A DNA stretch of 57,359 nt. Origin: a bacterium. Its GTDB lineage: Bacteria; SAR324; XYD2-FULL-50-16. Made by a program: the position numbers and the translations under genes. Positions 7,873 through 18,943 of this stretch are shown here, in pieces (the first letter of the stretch is position 1; every line of letters starts with the position of its first letter). The stretch lies in the NCBI GenBank assembly GCA_032250835.1, contig JAVVEA010000003.1, forward strand, positions 1 through 57,359, in the 5' to 3' direction. Under the pieces are notes generated by a model. That model searched no databases. It was not told the origin of the DNA and worked only from the letters and a program-made list of their open reading frames with translations.

Positions 7873-8913
7873 ATGCCCAAGACTTGCTTTGGCCGGGAAT
7901 ATAAACTAAAATCTAGGCGTTTCATTGCAATAATGAGCTGTAAAATGCCTAAATTTTTGTTTTTTTCCGCCGCCTCTTTGCATCGTCCATTGCGTCGGTC
8001 CATGGCGGCGGTAGCCTTTTCGATGCCCGTGGCCCTGTTGGTCAATGAACTGGTAGCTCTTCTGTTGGGGCATCGTGGGGAACAACTGGTCCAAAGCCGC
8101 TGGATCAGTTTAGGCATCACCTTTGTGGTGGCTGGCTCCATCTCTTTTTTGGTCGCTTGGCGGGTGCAGAAATTTGAGCATCAATTGGCGCAGCTCAATG
8201 AAGAATTGAGTGCGGCGGTGGCCGAAAAAAACGAATTGTTGGCCATCGTTTCGCATGACTTAAAAAGCCCCCTTTCGGCGATGATCAGTGCGTCTGATTT
8301 GTTGCTGCAAGAAGAACTAGGCCCCAGTGCCCGTGAACTGGCGGAGATGATCCTGTCTAAGGCAGGCCGCATGTACGCTCTGGTGGCCAGCCTACTAGAC
8401 CTTTGCCGGGCCGAAGAAGGAACCCTCCCGAGCGAAGCCCAGCACTTTGAACTGGCCGACTTGGTCAGTGAAGCGGCGATGGGGCATCGGTATCAGGCGG
8501 ACCAAAAGGGGGTGCAGCTCAGTTGCGTAGAGGCACCCCAACCGGTCTGGGTCCACGCCGCTGTATCGACGCTGACTCAGGTCTTAGATAACTTGATCGG
8601 CAATGCGGTGAAGTATTCGCCTCAAGGAGGAAAGGTAACCTTGGAAGTTAAGCAACACGGCGCTGAGGCCCTTTTTAGCTGCCGCGACCAGGGGCCTGGA
8701 ATGACGCCCGAATTATCGGCCAGAATTTTCGGCAAGTACCAATCTGGTGATAACCCGGACCCGAACGGGACCCTCTCCACTGGCTTGGGGCTGTATATTG
8801 CCAAGAAACTGACCGATTCCCTAGGGGGGCGCATCTGGTACGAGAGCCACCCCGATAAGGGGTCGATCTTTTTTGTAGGCCTTCCTAGCGTAGCTCCAAG
8901 TCCATCTGCTTAA
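7873..8913 (+). CDS. Membrane sensor histidine kinase (start uncertain; 7933 or 7945 possible)
   Basis: H-box SHDLKSPL, N-box [11 protein letters not shown]1 DQGPG, G2 GLGL; two TM segments. Confidence 0.88.
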   Translation: MPKTCFGREYKLKSRRFIAIMSCKMPKFLFFSAASLHRPLRRSMAAVAFSMPVALLVNELVALLLGHRGEQLVQSRWISLGITFVVAGSISFLVAWRVQKFEHQLAQLNEELSAAVAEKNELLAIVSHDLKSPLSAMISASDLLLQEELGPSARELAEMILSKAGRMYALVASLLDLCRAEEGTLPSEAQHFELADLVSEAAMGHRYQADQKGVQLSCVEAPQPVWVHAAVSTLTQVLDNLIGNAVKYSPQGGKVTLEVKQHGAEALFSCRDQGPGMTPELSARIFGKYQSGDNPDPNGTLSTGLGLYIAKKLTDSLGGRIWYESHPDKGSIFFVGLPSVAPSPSA

Positions 8914-10861
8914 GTTTCATGATCTGGTCACGCAACTCAGCGGCCCGCTCGAATTCTAAGGCCTCGGCAGCTTTGCGCATTTCTCGCTCCAATTTGCGGA
9001 CCTCTTTCATGTCCACCCTCCCGCTCTTGATGGCTCCTTTGGGGACGTTGTCTTCGACCGCGCCGGGGGTGACCAAGTGGGCTTGGATCTTTTTCTTGAT
9101 GCTCTGGGGCGTGATCCCGTTGGCTTGGTTGTAGGCATCTTGGATCTCGCGCCGCCGCCGGGTTTCGGTGAGCGTCTTTTGCATGGAATCGGTGATCTTG
9201 TCGGCAAACATAATCACCCGCCCGTTCAGGTTGCGCGCCGCCCGACCACAGGTCTGCAAGAGGCTGCGGTGGCTGCGTAAGAAGCCCTCCTTGTCGGCAT
9301 CAAAAATGGCCACCAAACTCACCTCCGGTAGGTCGAGACCTTCGCGCAATAGGTTAATGCCCACCAACACGTCAAATTCGCCGAGCCGCAAGTTCCGCAC
9401 GATCTCGGCCCGTTCGACGGTGTCGATGTCGCTGTGCAGGTACTTCACCTTGACGCCCATTTCTTTGTAATAATCCGTCAGGTCCTCGGCCATCCGCTTG
9501 GTTAGGGTGGTGATCAAGACCCGCTCACCGGCCTTGACGGTCGCTTGGATCTCGCCGTACATCTCATCGACCTGCGACTTGGTGGGCCGGATTTCGATAA
9601 CCGGGTCGAGCAAGCCCGTGGGGCGGATGATTTGCTCGACAATATGCCCCTGGCTGTTGGTCTTTTCTAACTCGCCGGGCGTAGCCGAAACATAAATCAC
9701 CTGCTCGATCATCCCGTCAAATTCTTCGTAGCGCAGCGGGCGGTTGTCTAGGGCGCTGGGCAGGCGGAAGCCGAAGTCCACTAGGGTCTGTTTGCGGGCC
9801 CGGTCACCTTTGTACATCCCGCCGATCTGGGGGATGGAGACGTGGGATTCGTCGATGATCAACAGGCTATTTTTAGGGAAGTAGTCGATCAGCGTCGGCG
9901 GCGGCGCGCCCGGCGGGCGGCGGCTCATGATCCTAGAATAGTTTTCCACGCCCGGACAGCGCCCCGTTTCCTCGAGCATTTCCATGTCGTAGCGGGTGCG
10001 CTCGTCGAGCCGCTGGAATTCCACCAACTTACCCTGATCCACAAACTCTTTTAGCCGAATTTGCCGCTCTTCATCGATCAGCCGGATCGTTTCGGGCATG
10101 GCGTCTTTGGGTTGCACATAGTGGCTTGCCGGGTAGAGCGCGATCTTGCTGAGTTTTTCTTTGACCTTGCCGGTTAAGGGGTCGATCCGCTGGATGCTCT
10201 CGACCTCGTCACCGAACAACTCAATCCGTACTGCGTCGTCGTCATAGGCGGGGAAGACCTCGATGGTGTCGCCGCGGACCCGGAAGGTACCACGGTGGAA
10301 GTCGTAAAGATTGCGCTCATATTGGATTTCCACCAACTTGGCGATGATCTCATCTCGACCCTTCTCCTGACCTTCCATCAGGTAAAGCAACATGCCCGAA
10401 TAGGCTTCGGGACTACCCAAGCCGTAGATGCAAGAGACCGAAGAGATGATGATCACATCTTCACGCTCAAAGAGGCTGCGGGTCGCCGAGAGGCGTAATT
10501 TGTCCAGCTCGTCGTTGACGCTGGTGTCCTTTTCGATGAACAAATCCGTGCGGGGCACATAGGCCTCGGGTTGGTAATAGTCGTAATAACTGACGAAGTA
10601 CTCTACCGCGTTGTCGGGAAAAAATTCCTTAAATTCGTGGTAAAGCTGGGTCGCCAGCGTCTTGTTGTGGGTCATGATCAACGTGGGGCGCTGGTGCTGG
10701 GCGATCACGTTGGCCATGGTGAAGGTCTTACCTGAGCCGGTCACCCCCAACAACGTTTGGTAGCGTTGCTTTTCCCGTAAATTGGTCACTAATTTTTCGA
10801 TCGCCTGGGCTTGATCCCCAGCGGGCTTGAAATCCGAGGCGAGCCGGAATAATTGGCTCAT
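8885..10861 (-). CDS. uvrB: Excinuclease ABC subunit B
   Basis: [18 protein letters not shown] beta-hairpin, [14 protein letters not shown] and a C-terminal UVR domain. Confidence 0.98.
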   Translation of the reverse strand: MSQLFRLASDFKPAGDQAQAIEKLVTNLREKQRYQTLLGVTGSGKTFTMANVIAQHQRPTLIMTHNKTLATQLYHEFKEFFPDNAVEYFVSYYDYYQPEAYVPRTDLFIEKDTSVNDELDKLRLSATRSLFEREDVIIISSVSCIYGLGSPEAYSGMLLYLMEGQEKGRDEIIAKLVEIQYERNLYDFHRGTFRVRGDTIEVFPAYDDDAVRIELFGDEVESIQRIDPLTGKVKEKLSKIALYPASHYVQPKDAMPETIRLIDEERQIRLKEFVDQGKLVEFQRLDERTRYDMEMLEETGRCPGVENYSRIMSRRPPGAPPPTLIDYFPKNSLLIIDESHVSIPQIGGMYKGDRARKQTLVDFGFRLPSALDNRPLRYEEFDGMIEQVIYVSATPGELEKTNSQGHIVEQIIRPTGLLDPVIEIRPTKSQVDEMYGEIQATVKAGERVLITTLTKRMAEDLTDYYKEMGVKVKYLHSDIDTVERAEIVRNLRLGEFDVLVGINLLREGLDLPEVSLVAIFDADKEGFLRSHRSLLQTCGRAARNLNGRVIMFADKITDSMQKTLTETRRRREIQDAYNQANGITPQSIKKKIQAHLVTPGAVEDNVPKGAIKSGRVDMKEVRKLEREMRKAAEALEFERAAELRDQIMKLKQMDLELR

Positions 10862-10941
10862 GAAAACCCCTTGAGAGTTTGGCGGTTTACCTTTAGTCTT
10901 GAGTCCTCACAACAGAACCCCAACCAAAAGAGTAGAGGAAG

Positions 10942-12624
10942 ATGAAGGCGAAACGGGCTTTGGTCAGCGTGTCCGACAAGAACGGTATTATAGACTTTGT
11001 GCGCGAACTCCACAAGCTGGACTTCGAGATCCTAAGCACAGGCGGAACCGCCAAAGCCCTAAGGGACGGTGGCTTACCGGTAACCGACGTAAGCGAGGTG
11101 ACCGGTTTTCCGGAGATCATGGACGGACGCGTCAAGACGCTGCACCCCAAAGTCCATGGCGGTCTTTTGGCCCGCCGTGATAAGCCCGAACACCTCAAGG
11201 CACTAGAGGAACTGGAAATCGGTTTGATCGACGTGGTGGTGATCAACCTCTATCCCTTCTTGCAAGTCACCGCCGATCCCAACGTGGACCTGGAGACGGC
11301 CATCGAGAACATTGACATCGGCGGTCCCGCCATGTTGCGCGCCTCGGCAAAAAACCATGAGGGCGTTGCGGTGGTCACCGACCCGGCCGATTATGATCAG
11401 GTCTTAGCCGAACTCAAGGCCGACGGGGTGGTTAGCTTAAAAACCAAGCGCCGCTTGGCCATCAAGACCTTCCGCCTGACCTCCTCTTACGACGCCGCCA
11501 TCGACGAATTCCTGAGCCGCCGCTTGCTCGAAGAAGAACGCCTGCACCTGACTTTTGGTCAGGGGCAAGTGCTGCGCTACGGCGAAAACAGCCACCAAGA
11601 AGCCAGCTTCTACTTAGACGAAAGCTCCTTGGAGTCTTCAGTCGCCCGTGCCCAAGTGCTCAACGGCAAGCCCATGAGCTACAACAACTACGTAGATGCC
11701 AACGCCGCCTATGAAGCGGTCAAGGACATCGACCCCCGGACTCCCGCCGTGGCGGTGATCAAACACACCAACCCCTGCGGCTTCGCTACCGGTACGAGCG
11801 CGGCCAAGGCGCTGGAACGCGCCTGGGAAGGTGACCCGATCAGCGCCTTTGGCGGCGTGATCGCCACCAACGCCAAGGTGGACTTGGCCTTTGCCCAGTT
11901 TTTGAAGGGTGATGAGGTCAAACATTTTTCTTATACCGTTAAAGACGGCGAGTATGTGGCTCAAGAAGTCAGCACCGGAAAGTTTGTTGAAGTCCTGATT
12001 GCACCGGATTATGATGAAGAGGCCTTAGAATATCTGGCGCGCAAGTCCAAGATGATCCGCCTACTCAAGGTGCCCACTAACCAGTCCACCGACGCCAAGA
12101 CCTTCCGCGCCATCACCGGCGGTATTTTGGTCCAAGGCCGCGACAACCAGCTCTTTGAGAAGTTTGACGTGGTCACCAAAAAGCCCTTCCCCGGCAACTA
12201 TCAGGCCTTAAGCGAGTTCACCATGCTCGCCTGCAAGCACACCAAGTCCAACGGCATTGTCTTGGGCCGCGAGTACGCGCCCGGCTGTTTTCAGGTGATG
12301 GGCATGGGTGCCGGCCAGCCCAACCGGGTCGATTCGATGCGCAAACTCTCGATCACCAAGGCCCGCGAAAACCTAAAGCGCGAATGGGAGCGCGAAGGCA
12401 AGACCGGGGATTTTGAGGCCTGGGCCGCAGACGAAATCGCCGCCATGGTGATGGCTTCAGACGCCTTTTTGCCTTTCGACGACACGGTCCGCGAAGCCGC
12501 CACCCTGGGCATCAAGTACGTGATCCAGCCCGGCGGCAGCATGCGCGACGAAGACAGCGTCAAGGCCTGCGACGAACTGGGCATGGCCATGGCCCACACG
12601 GGCCTGCGGCACTTTAACCACTAG
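10942..12624 (+). CDS. purH: Bifunctional AICAR transformylase / IMP cyclohydrolase
   Basis: [49 protein letters not shown] and RHFNH. Confidence 0.97.
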   Translation: MKAKRALVSVSDKNGIIDFVRELHKLDFEILSTGGTAKALRDGGLPVTDVSEVTGFPEIMDGRVKTLHPKVHGGLLARRDKPEHLKALEELEIGLIDVVVINLYPFLQVTADPNVDLETAIENIDIGGPAMLRASAKNHEGVAVVTDPADYDQVLAELKADGVVSLKTKRRLAIKTFRLTSSYDAAIDEFLSRRLLEEERLHLTFGQGQVLRYGENSHQEASFYLDESSLESSVARAQVLNGKPMSYNNYVDANAAYEAVKDIDPRTPAVAVIKHTNPCGFATGTSAAKALERAWEGDPISAFGGVIATNAKVDLAFAQFLKGDEVKHFSYTVKDGEYVAQEVSTGKFVEVLIAPDYDEEALEYLARKSKMIRLLKVPTNQSTDAKTFRAITGGILVQGRDNQLFEKFDVVTKKPFPGNYQALSEFTMLACKHTKSNGIVLGREYAPGCFQVMGMGAGQPNRVDSMRKLSITKARENLKREWEREGKTGDFEAWAADEIAAMVMASDAFLPFDDTVREAATLGIKYVIQPGGSMRDEDSVKACDELGMAMAHTGLRHFNH

Positions 12625-12631
12625 TGTAAAG

Positions 12632-12662
12632 CTTTGCAGGGCCCCTTAGCGGGCCTGCAAAG
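12632..12662 (+). terminator. Hairpin downstream of purH
   Basis: CTTTGCAGG...CCTGCAAAG inverted repeat; U-tract is weak. Confidence 0.4.
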
Positions 12663-12734
12663 TGGTCTTGCCGCAGCTCTTTGCTTGGGTTACGCTGGGG
12701 GCATCAGTCCTGATTAACCCCCGAGGCTTCCTGT

Positions 12735-13991
12735 ATGCGCTACCAACCCTTCCCGCCTAAGTTTTTTGCCGCCAACCGACACCAACTGGCCCTGAAGTTG
12801 GATGAGGACTCGCTGGCCTTGGTCTTTTCCTCGGACCCCATGGTCCGCAATGCCGACCAGCAACACCCCTGGCGTCAAGACAGCAATTTCTTTTACCTGA
12901 CCGGCTTAGAACAGCCGGGCTTGAAGCTGTTGCTTTTCCCCCAGAAAAACGGGCAGCACCAAGAAATCTTGTTTATCCCAGCGGTGGACCCAACCAAAGA
13001 GAAGTGGGAGGGCAAGATGCTCACGCCCGAGCGGGCTACCGAGATTTCGGGGATCAAAAAGGTGTTGGCCAGCGACCAGTTTTTGGGCCAGTTCTACCGG
13101 CTCCAAGACCTCTGCCAGACGCTATACACAGACCTTAACTCGATCTTTCCGCAGCAGCCCTTAACGACCGGGCATTTGTTGCTCGACGACCTGCGCCAGC
13201 GCCTGCCCGGTTTGACCCAAAAGAAGCTGTTGCCGCTGATTTTGCCGCTGCGCGCCAAGAAACGCCCCGAAGAAATCGAAAAGCTCCGCTCCGCTTTGAA
13301 GGTGATGTGCGTCGCGCTTAAGGAGGTGGCCGGTAAAATCAAGCCGGGCGTGATGGAATACCAGATTGAAGCGGAGCTGGCTTACCGCTACCTATATGGC
13401 GGTTGCAGCCGCCTGGGCTTTGATACCATCGTTGCCGGGGGCCAGAACGCCTGCACCTTGCATTATGTCAGCAATGACGCCGCCTTAAAAAACGGCGACT
13501 TGGTCTTGATCGACACCGGTGCCGAATATGGCATGTATTCAGGCGACATCACCCGGACCTTCCCGGTTTCCGGCAAGTTTAGTGAACGCCAAAAACATTG
13601 TTATCAGGCGGTCTTAGAGGTCAATAAACAAGTGATCCGCAAGCTGCACGCCAACCTGAGTTGGAAAGAGATCACCGATATGGCCGGTAAGGTCCAAGGG
13701 GAGGTCTACAAGAAATTTGGCTTCATCGAAGACCCCAAAGACTACCTCAAGGTCGGCTACCACCGAATCGGCCACAGTTTAGGCCTGGACGTGCACGACC
13801 TACAAGTACCCGAATGGCCGCTGCGCGAAGGCGCGGTGATCACTGTCGAACCGGGCCTTTACTTGCCTGATGAAGGGATCGGCATCCGTATTGAGGACAA
13901 CGTCCTCTTGACCGAAGGCGGCTGCGAGGTCTTGAGCAAAGAGATACCCAAAGAGATCGACCAGCTAGAGGCCCTTGTCGGTAAAGGATGA
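12735..13991 (+). CDS. pepP: Xaa-Pro aminopeptidase (M24B)
   Basis: RQDSNFFYLTG N-domain; metal ligands in IDTG, GDITRTFP, GHSLGLDVHD, TVEPGLY and RIEDN. Confidence 0.9.
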   Translation: MRYQPFPPKFFAANRHQLALKLDEDSLALVFSSDPMVRNADQQHPWRQDSNFFYLTGLEQPGLKLLLFPQKNGQHQEILFIPAVDPTKEKWEGKMLTPERATEISGIKKVLASDQFLGQFYRLQDLCQTLYTDLNSIFPQQPLTTGHLLLDDLRQRLPGLTQKKLLPLILPLRAKKRPEEIEKLRSALKVMCVALKEVAGKIKPGVMEYQIEAELAYRYLYGGCSRLGFDTIVAGGQNACTLHYVSNDAALKNGDLVLIDTGAEYGMYSGDITRTFPVSGKFSERQKHCYQAVLEVNKQVIRKLHANLSWKEITDMAGKVQGEVYKKFGFIEDPKDYLKVGYHRIGHSLGLDVHDLQVPEWPLREGAVITVEPGLYLPDEGIGIRIEDNVLLTEGGCEVLSKEIPKEIDQLEALVGKG

Positions 13992-15106
13992 GCAGCCACA
14001 ATAGCACCCAAAAATGGCTCCTTTCGGTCCCCGCTCTGGCAGGAGCCAGCGAGGCGGTCCATTGGTTTATCGACGGACTCGACGCCAGCCAACCGGCCGG
14101 GTTGGCGGTCTTGGTGTGGCTCGGTTGGCTGTTGTTCCAGGCCTATGAGAAGGTGCGTTTTATTCCGCGCGTGCGGGCGCAGCGGGGGCTTACGCTTTGG
14201 GCCCATGTAAATTGGGTCTTGTCCTTTCTGGTGCTCTATCCCTCCTATTATTTGCTGGCTCCTTTGGCGGGGGCTCGTTGGTTTGGCTGGATTGAGCCCG
14301 AATTCAGTCTAGCTTGGGGGCCCTGGTTGTTGCTCGCCGGGGCTTTGGTAGGCCCCTTTGCTTGGTTGGTGGGTTATCTTTTGGAGGCGCCAGCCCGCCT
14401 GTTGGAGTTTACCTTAGCGTGCCCGCCGGACCGCCAACCGCTCAAGCTGCTTTTTATTAGTGACCTACACCTGGGCAACCTCTTGCCTGAATCGCGGCTA
14501 GATTGGGTTTTGTCTGTCTGCCAGGAGCGCAAGCCCGATGCCCTGCTGATCGGCGGCGATTTGGTAGACCACGACTCAGTTCAACTTGCAGCGCACCAAG
14601 CTTGGTTCCGTGACTTAGTGGCTTTACTGCCGGTCTATGCGGTACTTGGAAACCACGACATCGTCGCCGGAAGGCAGCAGATTCAAGGCTATTTGGAGGC
14701 TTGGGGGGTGACGGTCTTGCGCGATCAGGTGGCCCAATTGCCCGGTGGCTGGACCTTGGTTGGGGCTTTGGATATAGACTTTGAACAGGACTGCGCCCAA
14801 TCGCTGCTTGGCTTGCCGAAAGAGGCTGGGGCGATCTTGCTGTCGCACAATCCGGACCTACTCAAACAGCTACCCGTCGATTCCTTGGCCAAAGTAGCTC
14901 TCTGCCTCAGCGGCCACACCCACGGCGGCCAAATCCGTTTGCCCTGGATCGGCCCCATTTTACACCCCGCCGACCGCCGCTTTGTCCCCGGCTTGACCCA
15001 ATTAGAGGGCCTACCGCCTGCCCTGGTCAGCCAGGGCCTAGGTTACACCCTGATCCCCATGCGCTGGGACTGCCCCGCCGAAGCGATCTGGCTCGAATGG
15101 ACCTAA
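13988..15106 (+). CDS. Membrane-anchored metallophosphoesterase (YkuE/YaeI-like)
   Basis: SDLHLG, GGDLVD, GNHD, SHNPD and SGHTHGGQ; N-terminal TM segments. Confidence 0.88.
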   Translation: MSSHNSTQKWLLSVPALAGASEAVHWFIDGLDASQPAGLAVLVWLGWLLFQAYEKVRFIPRVRAQRGLTLWAHVNWVLSFLVLYPSYYLLAPLAGARWFGWIEPEFSLAWGPWLLLAGALVGPFAWLVGYLLEAPARLLEFTLACPPDRQPLKLLFISDLHLGNLLPESRLDWVLSVCQERKPDALLIGGDLVDHDSVQLAAHQAWFRDLVALLPVYAVLGNHDIVAGRQQIQGYLEAWGVTVLRDQVAQLPGGWTLVGALDIDFEQDCAQSLLGLPKEAGAILLSHNPDLLKQLPVDSLAKVALCLSGHTHGGQIRLPWIGPILHPADRRFVPGLTQLEGLPPALVSQGLGYTLIPMRWDCPAEAIWLEWT

Positions 15107-18100
15107 CCCTCCACCTGCCCCGGAAAGAAGCGGCCTAGGGCGCGGAGTAGTTCGTTGGGGCGGACCGGTTTGTGGATGATGCCGTCGAAGAGGCGCTCTC
15201 CGTCTATCGGTTCAGCTAGGGCACTGACCGAGGCGGTCAAGGCGAGGATCAGGAATTGGTCGCCGCCCGGTAGGCTGCGGATGATGCGGGTGGCTTCGTA
15301 GCCATTCATTTCGGGCATGCGGATGTCCATCAAGATCAAATCCGGTGCCTGATTTTTGGAGCGCTCCACCGCCGTGGGGCCACTTTCGGCCTCGAAACAT
15401 TCGATCCCGGCGGTGCCTAGGATAGCGCGGGTCAAGCTGCGGTTGGTTTCTACGTCGTCGACCACCAAGACCTTCAGATCTTTAAAGCGCACCTCGGAGC
15501 CCGATCGTTTGGGCCGCGAATGGCTCACTTCGGCCTGATACCGCACTTTGGGCAAAAGCACCCTGAAGAGGCTGCCTTCGTCCACTTCGCTTTCGAGTTC
15601 AATTCTTCCGCCCATCAATTCAACAAAACGCCGACTGACCGCTAGTCCCAAGCCGGTACCGCCATATTTGCGGGTCGATTGGCCGTCGCGCTGGCGGAAG
15701 CTGTCAAAGATCAGGCTTTGGTCCTCAAGGGGGATGCCGATCCCGGTATCTTGGACCTCTAAAATAAATTCAAGGTGCTCGTCTAAGACCTGAGCGCAGC
15801 TTAGATTGACGGATATGCTGCCGGACTCGGTGAATTTGACGGCGTTGCCCACTAGGTTAAGTAACACTTGGCGCAGCCTCAATTCGTCTACGTACAAACG
15901 TTTGGGTAAGTCCGCAGCGGCTTCGGCGGAGAAAGCCAAATCCTTGGACTTAAGCTTTTCGACAAAAAAGCTTTCTAGGTCTTTGATCAACTCTTGTGGA
16001 TCGGTGGGCTCCAGGTTGATTTCGAGCATGCCCGCTTCGATCTTCGAGAGGTCTAATAGGTCGTTGATCAGGTTGAGTAGGCTGTTGCTAGCCGTTTGGA
16101 CAATCGCCACGTAGCGTTTGTGTTCCTCGTCGCTTAGTTCGGCTTGTAAGATGTCGGCAAAGCCGATCACCGCATTGAGGGGCGTGCGGATCTCGTGGGA
16201 CATATTGGCCAAGAATTCGGTCTTGGCGCGGTTGGCCGCCTCGGCTTCTAACTTAGCCTTTAATAATTCCTGGTGGGTGTTGCGTAGTTCGCTGATGTCG
16301 GTGATCAGAGCGAAGCTGCCTAGCTTTTGACCGGCGCTATCAAAGATCGGGGTGGCGCTGATCAGGCAGTAAACGTGGCTACCATCGCCGCGCAGCATGG
16401 TGATTTCGTAGATGCCCGCTTCGCCTGCGTCGCGCTGTTTAAGCTGGCGTACCATCTGGTCGGCTTCACTGGGCGCGATCAGGTCAAAGACGCTCCGGCC
16501 CAAAATTTCTGATTCCGTCTGGTCTAAAATTTCGCACAGTGCCGGGTTGACCATCCGGGTCACCCCTTCGTTGTCTACTTCCCAATAGCCTTCGTTGGTG
16601 GTCTCTAAAACGGATGAGAGGAAGGTTTCGGTCTTTCTTATGTCGGTGATGTCTTGCAAGATCCCTTCTAAATGCACCTTTCCGCTGGGGCTGGTGACGG
16701 TGTGTCCCCGGTGTTGGACTTGGCGCACTTCGCCGTTGGTGCTGCGGATTCGGTGGACCATTTCAAAATGGGCCCGGCGCTCAAAGGCGGTCCGCAGCTC
16801 TGACTCGACCAGAGCGCGGTCCGCCGGGAATACGCCGCTGATCAGGTCTTCTAGCTGGGTCAGGGGGTTGCTCGGGAGCCGGTCGAAGATGCGCAACAAT
16901 TCAGCAGAACTTTCCAAGCGGTTCTCCTCGGGCCACCAAGTCCAACTCCCTAATTGGGCAATGGCCTGAGCTTGACTGAGGCGGGACTGACTTTCGAGCA
17001 GCGCCGCCTGGGCTTCGATTTGGTTGGTGATGTCTACTAGATAACTGTGGATTTGGTTGGGCGAGTTGCCTTGGGCTGGCTCGATCAGGTTGGTGAAGTC
17101 ATAGACCCACATCTCGCGACCATCACTGCGTAAGAGGCGGTAAGGGCGGTGTTCTAAAGAGTGGCTGCCAGCACCCAGGGCCTGTTCTAGCTCTTTGTGG
17201 TGCGTTGCTCGGTCGTCGAGGTGGATCAAATTTTCTAAAGGCGAGTTTTGAGTTTGCAGTAACTCAGCAGAAAACCCCAGGATGCGCTCTAAGTTTGGTG
17301 AGGCGTATTCGATGGGTAGGCCCGGCTTTAATTGGCACTTAAAGACCAACACCCGCCCGCCGACAAAGAGGTCGCGTTCGTCTTGTAGTTGTCTGGTGGC
17401 CTTGCGTTCTAGTTTGAAGGTGCGGTAGGAATTTTCGAGCAGCCGGTTGATGGAGTGGCGCAATTCGCGGAATTCGTAGTGCTCGTCTAATCCTTCGGCG
17501 ATGCGTTGCTCGCTGGGCCGTTCGGGGTGCACCTGGGAGAGCTCTTCTAATAAATGGTTCACCGGACGACTTAAGTAGTATCGGTAAAGCCACAAGAGCA
17601 AACCAGCCAACAGTAGGTTGCGCAACAAACCGGAAAACAGGGTCCAAACCGAGCGGGCCATAAAGTCGGCATAGACTTGCAACTGGTCCTGCTCAACCTG
17701 TAAATGACCGACCTTAAAGCTGAGGTCGCTGTGGTGGTGCAGCGGGAATCGGTGTTCCTGATACCGGCCAGGGGATCGCTCAAAAAAGCCGTAGATCCAA
17801 GTAGGGCTAGGTAAAACGGCGGCCTCTCCATGGGAGGCAAGGGGGTGGCCTTCGTCGTCAAAGAGGCTGACTTGGGTGATGTAGCGTTGTTGTAGTAGCC
17901 CTTCAACCACCTCCGAAGCCAATACCCGGTCTAGCGTATAGGCTGCCTGACTGGCGGCCTTGTCAAAGGCCCGGATCAGTTCGGTCAGTTCTCGATCAGA
18001 GAGGCGTTGCTGTTGGTTGAAGTCGTGGACAATCTGGAAGGAGCTAAACAACAGGCCTAGCCCCACGGCTGCGGCGAGGCTAAGTTGGGTTAGCCTAGTG

Positions 18101-18138
18101 GTGAGCCGGGTATTGGCGCGTTTCAAGGTAGCTGCCAT
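15103..18138 (-). CDS. Hybrid sensor histidine kinase / response regulator with three PAS domains
   Basis: Two TM segments with a periplasmic domain, PAS/PAC repeats, FLANMSHEIRTPLN, NLVGNAVKFT, GGTGLGL, and a receiver domain (VVDD...DIRMP...KP). Confidence 0.93.
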   Translation of the reverse strand: MAATLKRANTRLTTRLTQLSLAAAVGLGLLFSSFQIVHDFNQQQRLSDRELTELIRAFDKAASQAAYTLDRVLASEVVEGLLQQRYITQVSLFDDEGHPLASHGEAAVLPSPTWIYGFFERSPGRYQEHRFPLHHHSDLSFKVGHLQVEQDQLQVYADFMARSVWTLFSGLLRNLLLAGLLLWLYRYYLSRPVNHLLEELSQVHPERPSEQRIAEGLDEHYEFRELRHSINRLLENSYRTFKLERKATRQLQDERDLFVGGRVLVFKCQLKPGLPIEYASPNLERILGFSAELLQTQNSPLENLIHLDDRATHHKELEQALGAGSHSLEHRPYRLLRSDGREMWVYDFTNLIEPAQGNSPNQIHSYLVDITNQIEAQAALLESQSRLSQAQAIAQLGSWTWWPEENRLESSAELLRIFDRLPSNPLTQLEDLISGVFPADRALVESELRTAFERRAHFEMVHRIRSTNGEVRQVQHRGHTVTSPSGKVHLEGILQDITDIRKTETFLSSVLETTNEGYWEVDNEGVTRMVNPALCEILDQTESEILGRSVFDLIAPSEADQMVRQLKQRDAGEAGIYEITMLRGDGSHVYCLISATPIFDSAGQKLGSFALITDISELRNTHQELLKAKLEAEAANRAKTEFLANMSHEIRTPLNAVIGFADILQAELSDEEHKRYVAIVQTASNSLLNLINDLLDLSKIEAGMLEINLEPTDPQELIKDLESFFVEKLKSKDLAFSAEAAADLPKRLYVDELRLRQVLLNLVGNAVKFTESGSISVNLSCAQVLDEHLEFILEVQDTGIGIPLEDQSLIFDSFRQRDGQSTRKYGGTGLGLAVSRRFVELMGGRIELESEVDEGSLFRVLLPKVRYQAEVSHSRPKRSGSEVRFKDLKVLVVDDVETNRSLTRAILGTAGIECFEAESGPTAVERSKNQAPDLILMDIRMPEMNGYEATRIIRSLPGGDQFLILALTASVSALAEPIDGERLFDGIIHKPVRPNELLRALGRFFPGQVEG

Positions 18139-18872
18139 AACTCGCCGGATTGATGTTTCAGCAAGTCTTCAAAGAAACCTTCTTGGCGCATGTCGTTGAC
18201 CGCTTTTTCAAAAAGCGGTGCTTGAGCGCGCAGCGGCGACTTAGCGGAAATTTGTAACCATACCTCGGCCCGCTCTAAGATTAAGGGCTTACCGGTTCGT
18301 ATTCTCGAGCTTTGCTGGTTTAAGTGATGGGCCAAAGAGATGTTCGGCCCGGCGATATAGTCTAAGCGGTCGGCCAAAAACATTTGGACCATCACCTCAT
18401 AACTGCGGACTTCAATTTTTTCGATTTGGGGGTTTTGGTCAAACTCCTTGGGGTAGGGGAGCCCGCGCAGGACGCCAACCTTTTTGCCCTCTAGGTGCTT
18501 GAGGTCATCTATAGCCAACCCCGGCTTGGCCACCACCACGGTAGCTAGGTCAAAACATTTGCCTGCATAGACCACGGCTCCGTCCAATCGCTTCGAGCGG
18601 ATCAAGACCGTCAGGTCCGCTCGACCGGTGGCCAAGTTGCGTAGTACCCGGGCATAGGGGCTTAAGCGGGTTTGGATGGTTATGCCGGTGCGGTCTTGAA
18701 GTTGCTTGACTACCGGTGCCCAAAGCCCGCTTAGTTGGCGGCTGCCGTCGGGCCGTGGGGTATAAAAGCCCCAGGGAGCGGCTTCTAAAATATCGGCTAC
18801 CGGGGCCTGGGCTTTAGCCTGAGGGCTGAAGACAATCAGGCAAAGCAACGGCAGAAAAAGTCGGCTCAGCAT
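18123..18872 (-). CDS. Periplasmic substrate-binding protein (SBP family 3-like)
   Basis: Signal peptide; APWGFY, PYARVL and LEGKKVGVLRG; overlaps the start of the hybrid kinase. Confidence 0.8.
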   Translation of the reverse strand: MLSRLFLPLLCLIVFSPQAKAQAPVADILEAAPWGFYTPRPDGSRQLSGLWAPVVKQLQDRTGITIQTRLSPYARVLRNLATGRADLTVLIRSKRLDGAVVYAGKCFDLATVVVAKPGLAIDDLKHLEGKKVGVLRGLPYPKEFDQNPQIEKIEVRSYEVMVQMFLADRLDYIAGPNISLAHHLNQQSSRIRTGKPLILERAEVWLQISAKSPLRAQAPLFEKAVNDMRQEGFFEDLLKHQSGELWQLP

Positions 18873-18943
18873 TTTGGACGGAATTTTGGGGTTTTGCTTT
18901 TAGGACTACCCCAAAAGGCACCCTTTGAAAATCTATTTTTCGC

